Shown: positions 52,958 to 64,000 of the stretch, piece after piece
How positions within the stretch are numbered: position 1 is the stretch's first letter
Layout: every line of letters begins with the position of its first letter
DNA from: Octopus sinensis
Taxonomy: Eukaryota
Direction: 5' to 3'
NCBI RefSeq assembly: GCF_006345805.1
Contig: NC_042998.1
Span: forward strand, 120,156,001-120,220,000
Length of the DNA stretch: 64,000 nt
Translations under genes and position numbers: made by a program
Notes under the pieces: generated by a model
Databases searched by the model: none
The model's input: the letters and a program-made list of their open reading frames with translations, nothing else
Told to the model about the DNA's origin: nothing

Positions 52958-55706
52958 AAAGTTGTATTCATCTCCTTTATAATACAATTATTAATTATTT
53001 TTGCATCGGTAGTTCTGATCAATGGTTCATTTGGGGAAAATAAAAATCAGTGTAAAAGAAAGTGTAAGTTTACCGAAGTTAATCTGTTTGCATAATATAA
53101 ACTTAATGTTAGAATTTTATTCACACTCACAGCAAAACTAAACCCACAATAAGGGATTTGTAAACAACTGCATATTTTGTCCAAACAGCACTAACCAGGC
53201 AATGAGTCTACAATATAGTGTGTGTGTCAAATGATACAAGGAGGGTTCTCCTTGGGGATTTAGTGTTAGGGGGATGGTTGTATCAGGGTTTTTTTTGTTT
53301 TTTTTACACAGGTGGGCGATGGAGCAATTTTTGGCCGATAAGTGGGCAATATTGCAATTTGATGCATAAAGTTTGGGAAACACCGGTCTAGAGAGTGCGT
53401 AGAACAACATTGTTTACTTGTTATGTAGAGTGATTATTTCTTTGTTCTGTTGATTGACCAATTTATTGTTGTATTGTTACACATTATAGGATGGTTTCAA
53501 GGTCTCTGTTTATGTAATCAGTACAAGTGTAACATGAGCTGTCTAGGTTGTGTGTGGACGATGCCTGGATGTGGGGAGAGAGAGATAAATCCTCTTAAGT
53601 AGGTAGCATATATATGCATTTTATTCAGTTTTAATAGTTTACATTGTACTAAATATGTACTAATTAGGCAAAGTATTATATAATCAACAGCAGAATAAGT
53701 CTTAAAGAAATGCATTGAATGGTGGTTTTTATATAATACTGTATATGTAAATAATGTTATATTATTACATAAGTAAAAATGTTTAAAATGTCCCAAAATT
53801 ATAGTTTAGCTTCAGACTAAACAAATTGGAAATAAACAATGTAGCATAAAATTTATATCAGTTGTTGGAATGTTCCATATTTAAATAACTGTTTTCAATG
53901 CATCACTGTAATGTAATAAAAACTGTAGTTTTAACTACACAAAATAAAGTGTGTTAAGTTATGTATTGTTATATGCAGTAAAGAGATAATGTATATAGGT
54001 GCAGGCAAAGTCATTTGGCTAAGAAGTTTGTTTCACAACTGTGTGGTTCTGAGTTTGATCCCACTGTATGGTGTGCACAAGAGTGTGTGGGTGTGTGTGT
54101 TAAGTCTTGTTTGTCTTGCTGACTCACTCTGCATTACTTAGTCATTATTGTTCTGTTGTGATTTAAAAAGATATTTTCAAATAAGTGAAGCTTTGTTTTA
54201 TATCCTTATTTTTAATTTTAGCATAATTTCATTCCATTTCAACTTACATTTCTAAAGCCACACTGTTTTAAAGTTAATTCATTCCTGTAAAAATGTGCTG
54301 TCTTTGCCTCCTTCATTAAGAAGGACTTTCTGTCCTGAAAACATGTAAAGCCTGTCATCTTATGCCATCTTGTTTGTTTTGTATCAGAAATGTCCTTTTG
54401 ACCTGTGAACAGATGTATTTTTTCCTCCCCATTACTTTCCTCTGTCAAGATGTAGCCATGACTGTGGCTTGGTTGTTTGTAGTACACCTTCCTAACCCAC
54501 CCCCATCACCTGTACGGAGTGGGGGGGGGAGAAATCTTCTGGAAGCCTCCTATACCGGAAACCTCTACAAAAAGCTTTTTTATCCCTCTCCCCTCCCTCT
54601 CATTGACATCAGCTCACTATCAGTGACAATACTACAATATAAAAAAGACATACCTAGCATGCTCACATCGGAAAGATGGACAAGTGTACTTGCCAGTGGT
54701 TTAATTATTGGTATTATTTTATCTTTTATGGTTCATATTACACCCTCTTCTGGTAGATGCAGCAAGTGTGAAGTGAACAAATGACAATAAATCAATTGCA
54801 GGATGAAACTTATATGAAACTTGTATGATATGTCTGCTTGCAAACATCCTTACAAACCTACTCTTCAAATGCAGAATCCTGTCCCATATACCCCTGTTCC
54901 CTCTTGTTACCCCTTCCTCACCCTTTCAGTTGGCTCACTCGGTCTATCCTCTGTCAAAACTCCCTCTCAACCTATCTTCCAAACACCACCACCTGCTGCA
55001 GGCCTTCTCCTTTATTCTCTCTTGTGCCTCATCCTCTGCAGGCCCTCCCACTCTCCCTCTTGTGCTTATCCAAACACTCTCCATGCCCTCATATATCTGC
55101 TATACCCCTTCCCAGCCATTCCAATTTCTCTTACTATCACTTTCTACAGCCATGTCTTCCCCATCTGTAAACATCTCTCCTCACATTCTTATGGAACAAC
55201 ACCCTATATCCCCTCCGTATCACTTATACCTCTCTGTTCTCTGTATTCTCTGTTCCAATACATCTCCAATCCCACCTGCCTCTTCCTTTCTCTCACTCAG
55301 ACTGTCTCTCCATCTCTCTCTCTCTCTCTTCTACTGGGGTGGCCAAGTATCTCCTCAATAGTTCTCTCCTGGCACTCAACCACTTCCCACAGTTTCACTC
55401 CCTCTCTCAGTTAGGAGGTCTCTGTCTTGCAAGCTACTTGGTGACTCCACTGGTACTGGTGCTGCATAAAAAGCATCTGTGCTAGTACCACATAAAAAGC
55501 GCTTGAGCTGGTGTCGCATAAAAAGCACCTAGTACACTCTGTAAAGTGGTTGGTGTTAGGAAGAAGATCCAGTCACTAAAATCATGTCCAAAACAGACAG
55601 TTGGAGCTTGGTGCTCTCTGGTTTCCCAGCTCCTATCAAACCATCCAAACCAACCCAGCATGGAAAACAGATGTTAAATGAGGTGTGTGTGTATGTATGT
55701 ATGTGC

Positions 55707-55731
<25 letters not shown>

Positions 55732-55738
<7 letters not shown>

Positions 55739-56137
55739 ATTTTATTTCGTAAAGAGATAAAAAACCAAGGCTGTGTAGATTTTAGAACATTTATAGATAG
55801 GTCTTACAGCTGTTTCCAGGATATTTATTATATCCCTTCATTGGAGACAGTGTGAGAGGATGGTTAAGAAATAGTTAATTTAGATAAAATATAAAATAGA
55901 GAGTGAGGTGGAGGAAATAAAAGAACCCTAACCCTATTTTCTTTTATTTCCTCCACCTCACTCTCTATTTTATATCTTATCTAAATTAACTATTTCTTTA
56001 CCATTCTCTCACACCGTCTCTGATGAAGGGATATAATAATAAATATCCTGGAAACAGCTGTAAGACCTATCTATAAATGTTCCAAAATCTACACAGCCTT
56101 GGTTTTTCATCTCATTACGAAATAAAATTTTTATATA
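55732..56137. repeat. ~400-bp inverted repeat (Penelope-like pLTR pair) with 13-nt loop CCCTAACCCTATT
   Basis: Arm 55732-55925 is the reverse complement of 55939-56137, with scattered substitutions. Confidence 0.9.
56016..56066 (+). ncRNA. Type I minimal hammerhead ribozyme motif
   Basis: Stem I GTCT/AGAC; core CTGATGA (56020-26); stem II GGGATAT/ATATCCT; GAAA; palindromic stem III ACAGCTGT; GUA cleavage triplet (cut after 56062). The first pair of stem II is a non-canonical A.G. Confidence 0.6.
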
Positions 56138-56298
56138 CACTCACTGACATATGACCAACGTTGAATTACTTATTCGCATAATCACCGTACCTGGAACTTA
56201 ACTGTGGTCCATCTATAGCACTTATTCAGCATTACCTGATGCCTTTGGGTCTCAATGGCACCATTACTTCTCATAACCTATATATATATATATATATA

Positions 56299-57085
56299 CT
56301 AGCTGACGTACCTGGTAATTCCTGGGAAAGCAAGGTTTATCCTTTGGTTCTGTTCTCATAATTGTTTCACTAATCCAATAACAATAATACAAAGTATGTA
56401 GCCCTTAAAACAGTTTTTGTGCATTTACAGAGAATACCAAACTGTCTTACATAGGATCTTGTTTTTAAGTTACCCAATAGTATTAGTTATTAGTTACCCA
56501 ATAGTAAGAATTCAAATACAGTAACCCTGAAAAGGGCTTTAATGCGTTCCTAGAGAATATAGAACTTAGGAGGAAATACTAAGGTATGTATACTAAAATC
56601 GTGAAGCATGTTACATAATAACAGGTTTATCAGGTATGAGATAATAATAATTCAAAGTAAATAACTCTGAAAAGAGCTTTTGTGCATTCCCAGAGAATAT
56701 TACCCTCAGCAGTGCTAGTGTTGTTATATTCGTGAATAAGTCACTAACCAAAATAAGTGGATCTATTAGGGTTGTACTGGATAAATTGCGAAAATAACAG
56801 TTCAAATACTAAAAATAAGTATACTCAATTTGATTTATACCAAATAATTTAGGAAAATGAATGGGTTATTTCCATTGGCTATATATAAGGATCCCTTCAG
56901 GGGCCCTATTATCAATTTTTTTCAAATATCTGAGTATGCTATGAGGTTTCCAGACATGAGTTCTACTCATATGTCGAGTTTCATCAAAATCGATAAAATG
57001 ATGTAGGAGGAGTTTGCTAACAACTCTACAAACACACCCACAGACAGAATTTCCCACATATGTAGTATATATATATATATATAGT
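56299..57085 (-). mobile_element. Non-autonomous Helitron with three degenerate internal repeats
   Basis: Minus-strand 3' end: decayed CCCAGG-aattac-CAGG hairpin, TACGTCAG, CTAG|T. 5' end (TA)n plus ctgtctgtg. ~130-bp units (aaagta...aaaa...ttttgtgcatt...agagaata) near 56385, 56510 and 56645. Confidence 0.7.
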
Positions 57086-58190
57086 TCTGTCTAAAGAGTT
57101 TAAGCATATTTCATTATCTGACATTATGTTTAACATTGGAAAGGACACCCAGCACTAAAATATCGATTCCAAATACTGATCCCGTTATTCTGAATTTCAC
57201 TTACTGATTTTCCCAAACTTTGTCAAAAAGAAAAACTAACCCCAGTGTGAAAATCAATGTACAAATGTATCAAATCATTTATTAGCAGATGTTTCACAGT
57301 TGATGTGATTTTCTCAATTAGACTGTAGTGTTATTCACTGCATCAGGTCAGGTTTATTGTGTGGATCACTGATCAAATATTCTCAGTTGAAATTCTTGAT
57401 GTGGAAAATCTAACATTTTCCTTCAAAGAAGAAAATCTGACCATGCTAAACTTTGGTGCAATCAATAATGAACAATTACTTGACTACTGTAGGGTGATGA
57501 TGTTGCTATGACTCAGCTATCTCCAGTTGGGCAAACCTACAAACACAGTGTTCCAACTCTGATCATCCAGCATTATTCAGACACAGTATTTCTGGGACTA
57601 CATTATCCAATAGGGCCTTCATGTTTTTTTTTCCTTTTATGACAGAGATCTGGTTGCTATTTTTAACAGGTTGAGTAAGTGCATAGAAACTTTTGTTTCT
57701 TTTTGGTGTGTCTTTCGCATTGTCACCATCATCTTACATTCAGTTTTTTCCTTTCTCTATACTGGTATGAGTTGGATGGCTCACAAAATATTTCAGCATA
57801 GTTTGTCATCCAATGTACATACAGCAGAAATAACCTGCCAGCTTTGTTCCCACCCATCCATGGATTTCATAGGTTGGATACCTTTCCCATCTACTAAATA
57901 CAATATGGACTTTGTGCATTTTACCAATCCTCCAAATCTAGAAAACTGGACTAAAGCATACCATACTTTATATCAGTTTTTATTTAGAGTTTGCTCCTAG
58001 AAGGGAGTTTATCATGGTTTGTTCCAGATAAAATCAGCCACTTCACAGCATAGACAACTTCATGGATAATCAGATGGTGATTTTCATGAATCACAGCATG
58101 CATTTTTAACTACCATCAGTTGTTATGGAAGGTCATTCAAATATGGGATTACATTCAGTGGATGTTTTTCCAGATTTGAAATGTTGATGC

Positions 58191-60142
58191 TAGACCTTCC
58201 CTCCTGTGATTTCCAGACCCTAAATTCTCAAGAGATTTGGTTAAAATAGCAGTTAGAAACTGCTGTATTATTTAGATATTTATTTTTCATTGCAAGACTG
58301 TCTTACAGAGAGAGAGAGAGACTTTAACATCATTTTAAGATAGTAATTTCTTTAGAAACTAGTACAACTGAAATAGAAAATCCTTTTTCGAAAAGAACCA
58401 ACCAACAGAAAATAACCTTCTTTAAGGAAAAGTAGATGAACTATAGATGAAATAGTATCCAAATTAGTTATTGATGGATTTTCTGTAAATGCAATGGTTA
58501 AAAGTTCTGCTAGCTGAGAAGTTACAGATTAAGGTTGGATTTTACCAAAAAATGATTCTCATTGCAGATGATTGGAGGAAAAATTTGATTATTGAAATAA
58601 TTAAAAGAAAGAGAAATTCTGAAAAATTCAGTGTTTCTTTAGATGAATATACATCTTTGCATAATTGTTGGTATTTGAATGTCGATGCACATTTATCTGG
58701 TAAATTTGGGAATTTAGAAATGATCAGAATTTATGGGAGTTTAGCTGCTGAAAAATTATTGGACTTTGAGAAACAAAACTTTCTGAATTCAATATTGATT
58801 GGGAAAAAGTATATGTCCAGTCATAACGGATAGAGCAAGTATAACTGCAAGTATTATGTTGTGCACATGGTTTTCATTTGGCTGTTTCTGATGTTATTTA
58901 CAAGAAAACCAAGTCAGATTCTGATGAAGTTAGTTTAACTAACTCTTACAATAATGATGAGTTTGAAGGTAGATTCAAGGATGGTGATCTAAATGTAGAT
59001 TCTGCACTTATATATATGGTCAATAATTTATGTTGATTTACAGGAAACTTAAATTTGGGACATAGCTTCTATTGCAGAAAAGAAAATTAAAAGCATTGGA
59101 TATCTTATGAAAATGAAAATTCTCAATTAATTTTGTAGATTTAAAAAACAAACAAAAAAAAACCAACAAATATTTAAAGAAGAGCATGATCATCAATTAT
59201 AATTTATACAAAGACAAAATGGAATAACCTTTTTGCAATGTTAGAAATATTCTTGTTCTTTAAAAATTGAAGTAACATCAGAATGAATTAAAATAGGATT
59301 TGAAAAATTAGGTTGCAGTGATGTGACCTTGGTCTTTGCAGGTGTATTTTGTTTTTTATTCTAGAAAAATTGAATTGACAAATTACACCACAGCCCCTCT
59401 CATTGAGACAATTTCCATTTAAAATAAAAAAAAAAAAAACCTCAGAAAAAATACAAAGTGGCAAAGGAATCAATAAAGTATTTATGTAATTTCTTTTAAT
59501 TTTGGATACACTTAACCTGTTTCTACTTTTTGCAAAATATCAGAGAGAAACTGTTTGAAAATTGTTCATTACTTTGTCAGAAAAATTCTCTTCTTATTCT
59601 CAATATTAAGTCATGAGATTTGAAGCACCGATTCCATCAAAAGAAACATCTCTACTACACAGATTGAATGTTGCTATTAACAAGGTTTTTGAAAATAATC
59701 CAAACAACTGAAAATGTTTGAAATTTCTGCACAAACTGTTTTATCCTCCAACTTCCATAGAAACAGGTTTTTCTGCATAAAAACTGAAATCAAGTTAAGA
59801 GTAATGACACTATCAATAATATATGCTTTTTGAAACAATACTATCTATCTGATTTGAATATTCTTTGCATATTCCAAGAAATTTTTATCTTAACTTTCTT
59901 TTTTGTAATTTATTAGATTTTCTGTACAATTATACATTTCTTTGATAAGATAATTTTAATGCTTATGATTCTTGCCTTCTAGTCATACTCTAAGTCAAGC
60001 ACTTGAGTTTAAAATAAAAGAGTTAAAAATGAAAATCAATAGGTCTATTTCCAGAAAATTCTTGAAAGCCCAGGATTTTTGTTTTCTCCTTTTGATTTCT
60101 CTGAAGTAATAAGTTTTAGATTTAAAAAATTGGGAAGCTATA
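58191..60142 (+). mobile_element. Degraded hAT transposon (non-Charlie, hATx-like)
   Basis: FSVSLDEYTSLHN-WYLNV, ITDRAS, LCCAHGFHLAVSDVIY, WNNLFAMLEIF, PPTSIE and DTINNICFLK motifs; TIR TAGACCTTCCC vs TATAGCTTCCC; flanks GTTGATGC / GTTGGAAC (5/8). Confidence 0.75.
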
Positions 60143-60833
60143 GTTGGAACTACTTGTGACATTGCATTAGTTCAAGTAATCTTTTCTCTAAGCCTATTGC
60201 AACATTCTCTAATAGTCTCTCCTCCAATTCTAAACAGAATTTCACACACTTTGTTCTTCTAAATCTTATTGTTCAATATGTAGCAAATCACCAGGTGCAC
60301 CATATATATGTTCACTGTAGCACATGTGAATCAATGACTAATTAACATAGCATAATTTGGCTATTGTTAGTCAGAAGTTGAAGGTCACATGTACTTAGCT
60401 CTGCAGTTGTGAACATGCAGTACTGGCTGGCTGGTGCCCTATTTTAAAAGTTAGGTCTCTTTTTGATTGAACATCATTAAATGTTGTCCATTATTAATTC
60501 TGCTCCATATAAACAAAAATATTTTTAACTCTTTTATTACTATATTTCTGTTGAAATACACTGTCTTTCTTTCTGTTAATTTTGAAAATAATGATGAATT
60601 TAGTGAAATAACTTTGTCAATTATTAAGCTGGTATTTAACATGGAATTTTAATGGAAGGTTTTAATTAACATTACTTTAAAACAAGAAATTTGTGTCATA
60701 GAAGCAAGGGCAGTCTCAGTGGGGTTGATATCAAAAGGGTGGAAGTGTTCCTGTTTCAGATGAAAAAAATTGTTCTTAATTTTAATGCTACTTGTGAAAA
60801 TAAAATACATTTTTATTTCTTTCTTATTTTTAG

Positions 60834-60908
60834 GTGGTAGAAGAAATGATGGATTGAAAGCAGCCGATATTGTTCCAATTCTCAGAGAAAGAGTTGCATA
60901 TCTTTCAG
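60834..60908 (+). CDS. TRIO: Internal coding exon (75 nt, phase 1-1) of Trio/Kalirin RhoGEF, start of SEC14/CRAL-TRIO region
   Basis: Pyrimidine tract plus TAG acceptor (60831-33) and CAG|GTAAGC donor. Translates (x)GRRNDGLKAADIVPILRERVAYLS(G), matching from memory human TRIO FRKNDEMKAMDVLPILKEKVAYLSG and KALRN FRNDGLKASDVLPILKEKVAFVSG. The next expected exon (GRDKRGGPIL) was not seen before the window end. Confidence 0.9.
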
Positions 60909-61566
60909 GTAAGCAATTTATTTCCTAATATCTTAGCATCAGAATTGTTTCTTTTTAAGAAAGCAAAAACTTCTTATATAAATAGTAGTAAATTATTAGT
61001 TCATAAAACATCACACCTAGTAAAAAAAACATAATCATTAGTAATGATTGGAACCTGTGTTTAATGTTTGCTTTTCAGAACTTGGTTAAGTGATTCCAAT
61101 ATACATGGCAGTGGAAGTACAGTAGTTCGTATATGCATATATGTTTATGTGTGCATATGCCTGGTGCCTTGTTGTGCTCAAGAAGACCCATACTCAACAG
61201 CAGAAGTGTTAAGACTGGTCCCTCTGGTGGTGTAAAGCTCTCATGGCAGAGCCATGTAAAAGCATCCATGTGATGCTATGTAAAAGTGCTTGTACAGTAC
61301 CGCATAACCCCCCCCCCCCCATTTGGTGCCACATAAAAGCCCGTGTGAGGCCACTAAAAAACAGCCATGCAGTGCCATGTAAAAGCACCCAGCACTCTCT
61401 GTAAACTGGTTGGCGTTAGGAAGGGTATCCAGTTGTAGATACCATGCCAAATCAGGCTGGAGTCTGGTGCAGCTTGCCAGCTCTGGTCAAACCCTTCAAC
61501 CCATGCCAGCATAGACAACAGATGTTAAAGGATGATTAAGTACAAGATTGCATATACACGCACACA

Positions 61567-61603
<37 letters not shown>

Positions 61604-62679
61604 TATCTTATAATTACTGATCTAAGACAAATTGTGTGTGTATGTGTGTGTGTGTGTAATTTTTAGAGGTTCTATTTGCATTGTGAAACCAAGACAACTG
61701 CATTGTTGTAGCTTTTATAGTAATTTAAATTGTGCATATATACTATTATATTCACCTTTGTTTTACTTTGTTGTATTACAATTGAATGTGTTAGTGTGTG
61801 GTGTGATCGTATAATATAGTATTAGTGTATTGAATAAAATAAAAGTATTAGTGTTTTAGAATGGTTTATGTTTGTGCATCTGTCATTTCTTATGAATTGA
61901 TAAGTTGTTAGTATGTGTACATGTTCCTAAGGTCACCTTCCTTATTTTAAGGTTGTGGATTTGTGGTTAAGGCTCAGTATAATTGATTTCTTATATAAGC
62001 ATGAGTTTGCAAAGCTCTAGCAGTAATGGGGTTGTGTTATATTCATGACTTCATCCTGAGACAAACTGGCTTCAACCAGGAACAGTGTCCTACTGGAAAT
62101 TTTCTGTTGTTATTCATATTTTCTTCATCTTCCTTGAAAATTCATGAGATCAGACTGAGATGTGATTCATATTGTGCTCACACACTTATCTTTAGAAGGT
62201 TCAGAGCACTATTGATACTATCTTGTATCTGGGAATTGGACCCACGATCTCACAATTGTGAATGCAACACCCAACCACTAAGCCATGCGCCTTTACAATG
62301 TGTGTGTGTGTGTGTAAGGCACCCCTAAAAAAGAAGGAGTGGTCAGAAATAGAATGCATTTTATCATAGGTCTGCATAATCAAGGTTGACAGGGGACTAG
62401 ATAATAGTTTCAACTCTTTGATTCACATTATTAGAATTCTATTTCTTTTCTGCTGCTTGCTGACTGGACACACGTTTAATAAAATTCTTTGGAGTTGGAT
62501 ATTATATTTGATAAGTCAAATGCCCTTATAAATTATAACACTTGGAATGGTGTTATAACATGGTTTCTTTTTAAATATCAATTTATAGTTAACCAAACAA
62601 TGTGGATTTAACAAACTAAATTATTTTTGTTATTTGTTATTCATTCTCAAATGCTTCTTGCTTGCTTCATGCTGTTGCT

Positions 62680-63230
62680 TAATGGGGCTGGGGCCATCCC
62701 AGATTAGTGGTCTCAGAGGTATCATTGTGTGTGGAGCCGAGCAGGTCCACCAGTGTTCCTCATCGCTGGCAGTTTTGTACCAGCCCCTCTGCATCCTTCA
62801 AGATCTAGAGATCTTCCTTAGTCACATCCAGCCATCTGGTGCAGAGCCTGCAGTTGCTGTGTTGAATGAGAGCAAGGCCTTGGTAGGATGATCAGTGGGA
62901 GGCAGAGGACATGTCTGTACCAGCACCTGAGGTGGGAGGCTGCGGGTTGATGTGAGTGCACATGCAGTTCTTTGTTGGTAACACGATGGTACCATCTTAT
63001 GTTCTTGATGGTTCTGAGGGCTTTTTCTGTTGAAACTGTTGACCCTCTTTGTCAGGGTCTTCACAAAGGACCACACTTTTGCTCCATAGAGGAGATTGGC
63101 GGGGATCAAAACATTGTAGATGTGGAGCTTTGTCTTCCGGGAGATAGAGCAGTGATACCAAAGGGGCTTCCATAGGAAGTACATGACCCTGGTGGCAAGA
63201 TCACATATTTGAACTGTTTTGTTTCTCACT
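62680..63230 (-). pseudogene. RTE-clade LINE ORF2 C-terminal relic
   Basis: LW...SISRKTKLHIYNVLIPANLLYGAKVW...KRVNSF in ORF 62822-63229. Confidence 0.8.
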
Positions 63231-63509
63231 AACTTTGGCTATAATGTACCTCACTTGCTTTCCTAATAACTGGTTGGGAAATATGTATTTTTTCCTGTTT
63301 CTGGTTTCAAATTAAAATTACCAGTTTAACAGATTTGTCTAATTGTGCCATATCCTCTTTTTGATGTTTTATTAATGTAGTGTTAGGTTCTTGTTACAAA
63401 GGAAGTTAAGTTTTATTTTGCAGAGAAGTGTGTACACACAAACACACACACACATGCGAATGAATGTTCACATATTAATTAGCTGATTATTGTATAAATG
63501 TATGCCTGA

Positions 63510-63555
<46 letters not shown>

Positions 63556-64000
63556 GCATGCAGGTGTGGCTGTACACAAGCATGGCTGACTGTGTTATTA
63601 AGAAGCTTCCATCCCAGCCATATGGTTTCAGGTCCAGTCTCACTACATATCTTGGGCAAATCTCTTCTTCTATAGTCCCAGGCCAACCAAAACCTTGTGT
63701 GTGAATGTGGTGAAACAGAAACTGAATGAGGTCCATTGAATAAATAAATGCACACAGACACACACACACATTATATATATATATATATATATATATCATC
63801 ATCATCATCATTTAACATCCATCTTCCATGCACGCATGGGTAGGTAGGACAGTTGACAGGAGCTGATCAAGTAGAAAATCTACCCAAGGCTACTGTGTCT
63901 GTTTTGGCAGGGTTTTTTTATGGCTGGATGCCCTTCCTAACACCAACCACTCTGTGGAGTGGACTCGATGCTTTTTACGTGGCACCAGCACAGCCGAGGT

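Larger units (their letters stand above)
49818..53385 (+). mobile_element. hAT Charlie/Buster-type transposon with nested insertions
   Basis: Perfect 8-bp TSD GTCTAGAG (49810-17, 53386-93); degenerate TIRs CATAGTTTCCTAAAAT / AGTTTGGGAAACACCG; subterminal ATCGCCCAC repeats; contains a transposase relic. Confidence 0.9.

Noticed and set aside
54821-55414. Overlapping 197/178/110-aa ORFs, the longest in the window
   Set aside because: The pyrimidine-rich strand lacks stops for compositional reasons. All three frames are open, the products are L/S/P-rich with no domain, and the region runs into an RTE-type tail.
57490-57570. C/D-box snoRNA-like GTGATGA...CTGA
   Set aside because: It lies in a degenerate SINE remnant, the terminal stem overlaps box C, and no guide complementarity was recognised.

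Overview
AT-rich, microsatellite- and transposon-dense eukaryotic DNA. The repeat families resemble those I recall from Octopus (coleoid cephalopod) genomes; this is inference, not a database result. The window is almost entirely intronic sequence of one + strand gene, the Trio/Kalirin RhoGEF orthologue. A 75-nt exon at 60834-60908 encodes GRRNDGLKAADIVPILRERVAYLS, the start of the SEC14/CRAL-TRIO region. A 51-nt exon at 32274-32324 (QHPAKELFGLAALLYE-G) aligns with the vertebrate TRIO N-terminal peptide. A possible 24-nt microexon lies at 7376-7399. The introns hold a full-length mariner, DD37D (maT) deletion derivatives, Charlie-type hAT elements with perfect 8-bp TSDs, a second hAT relic, TTAA MITEs, two non-autonomous Helitrons, RTE and CR1-like LINE relics and many tRNA-derived SINEs. 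Less expected are a type-I hammerhead ribozyme motif inside a ~400-bp inverted repeat whose loop is telomere-like (CCCTAACCCTA), and at least five fold-back inverted duplications, several centred on microsatellites or at retroposon junctions. No CRISPR array, rRNA, bona fide tRNA or intact transposase ORF was seen. Most ORF-track entries are spurious or TE-derived.
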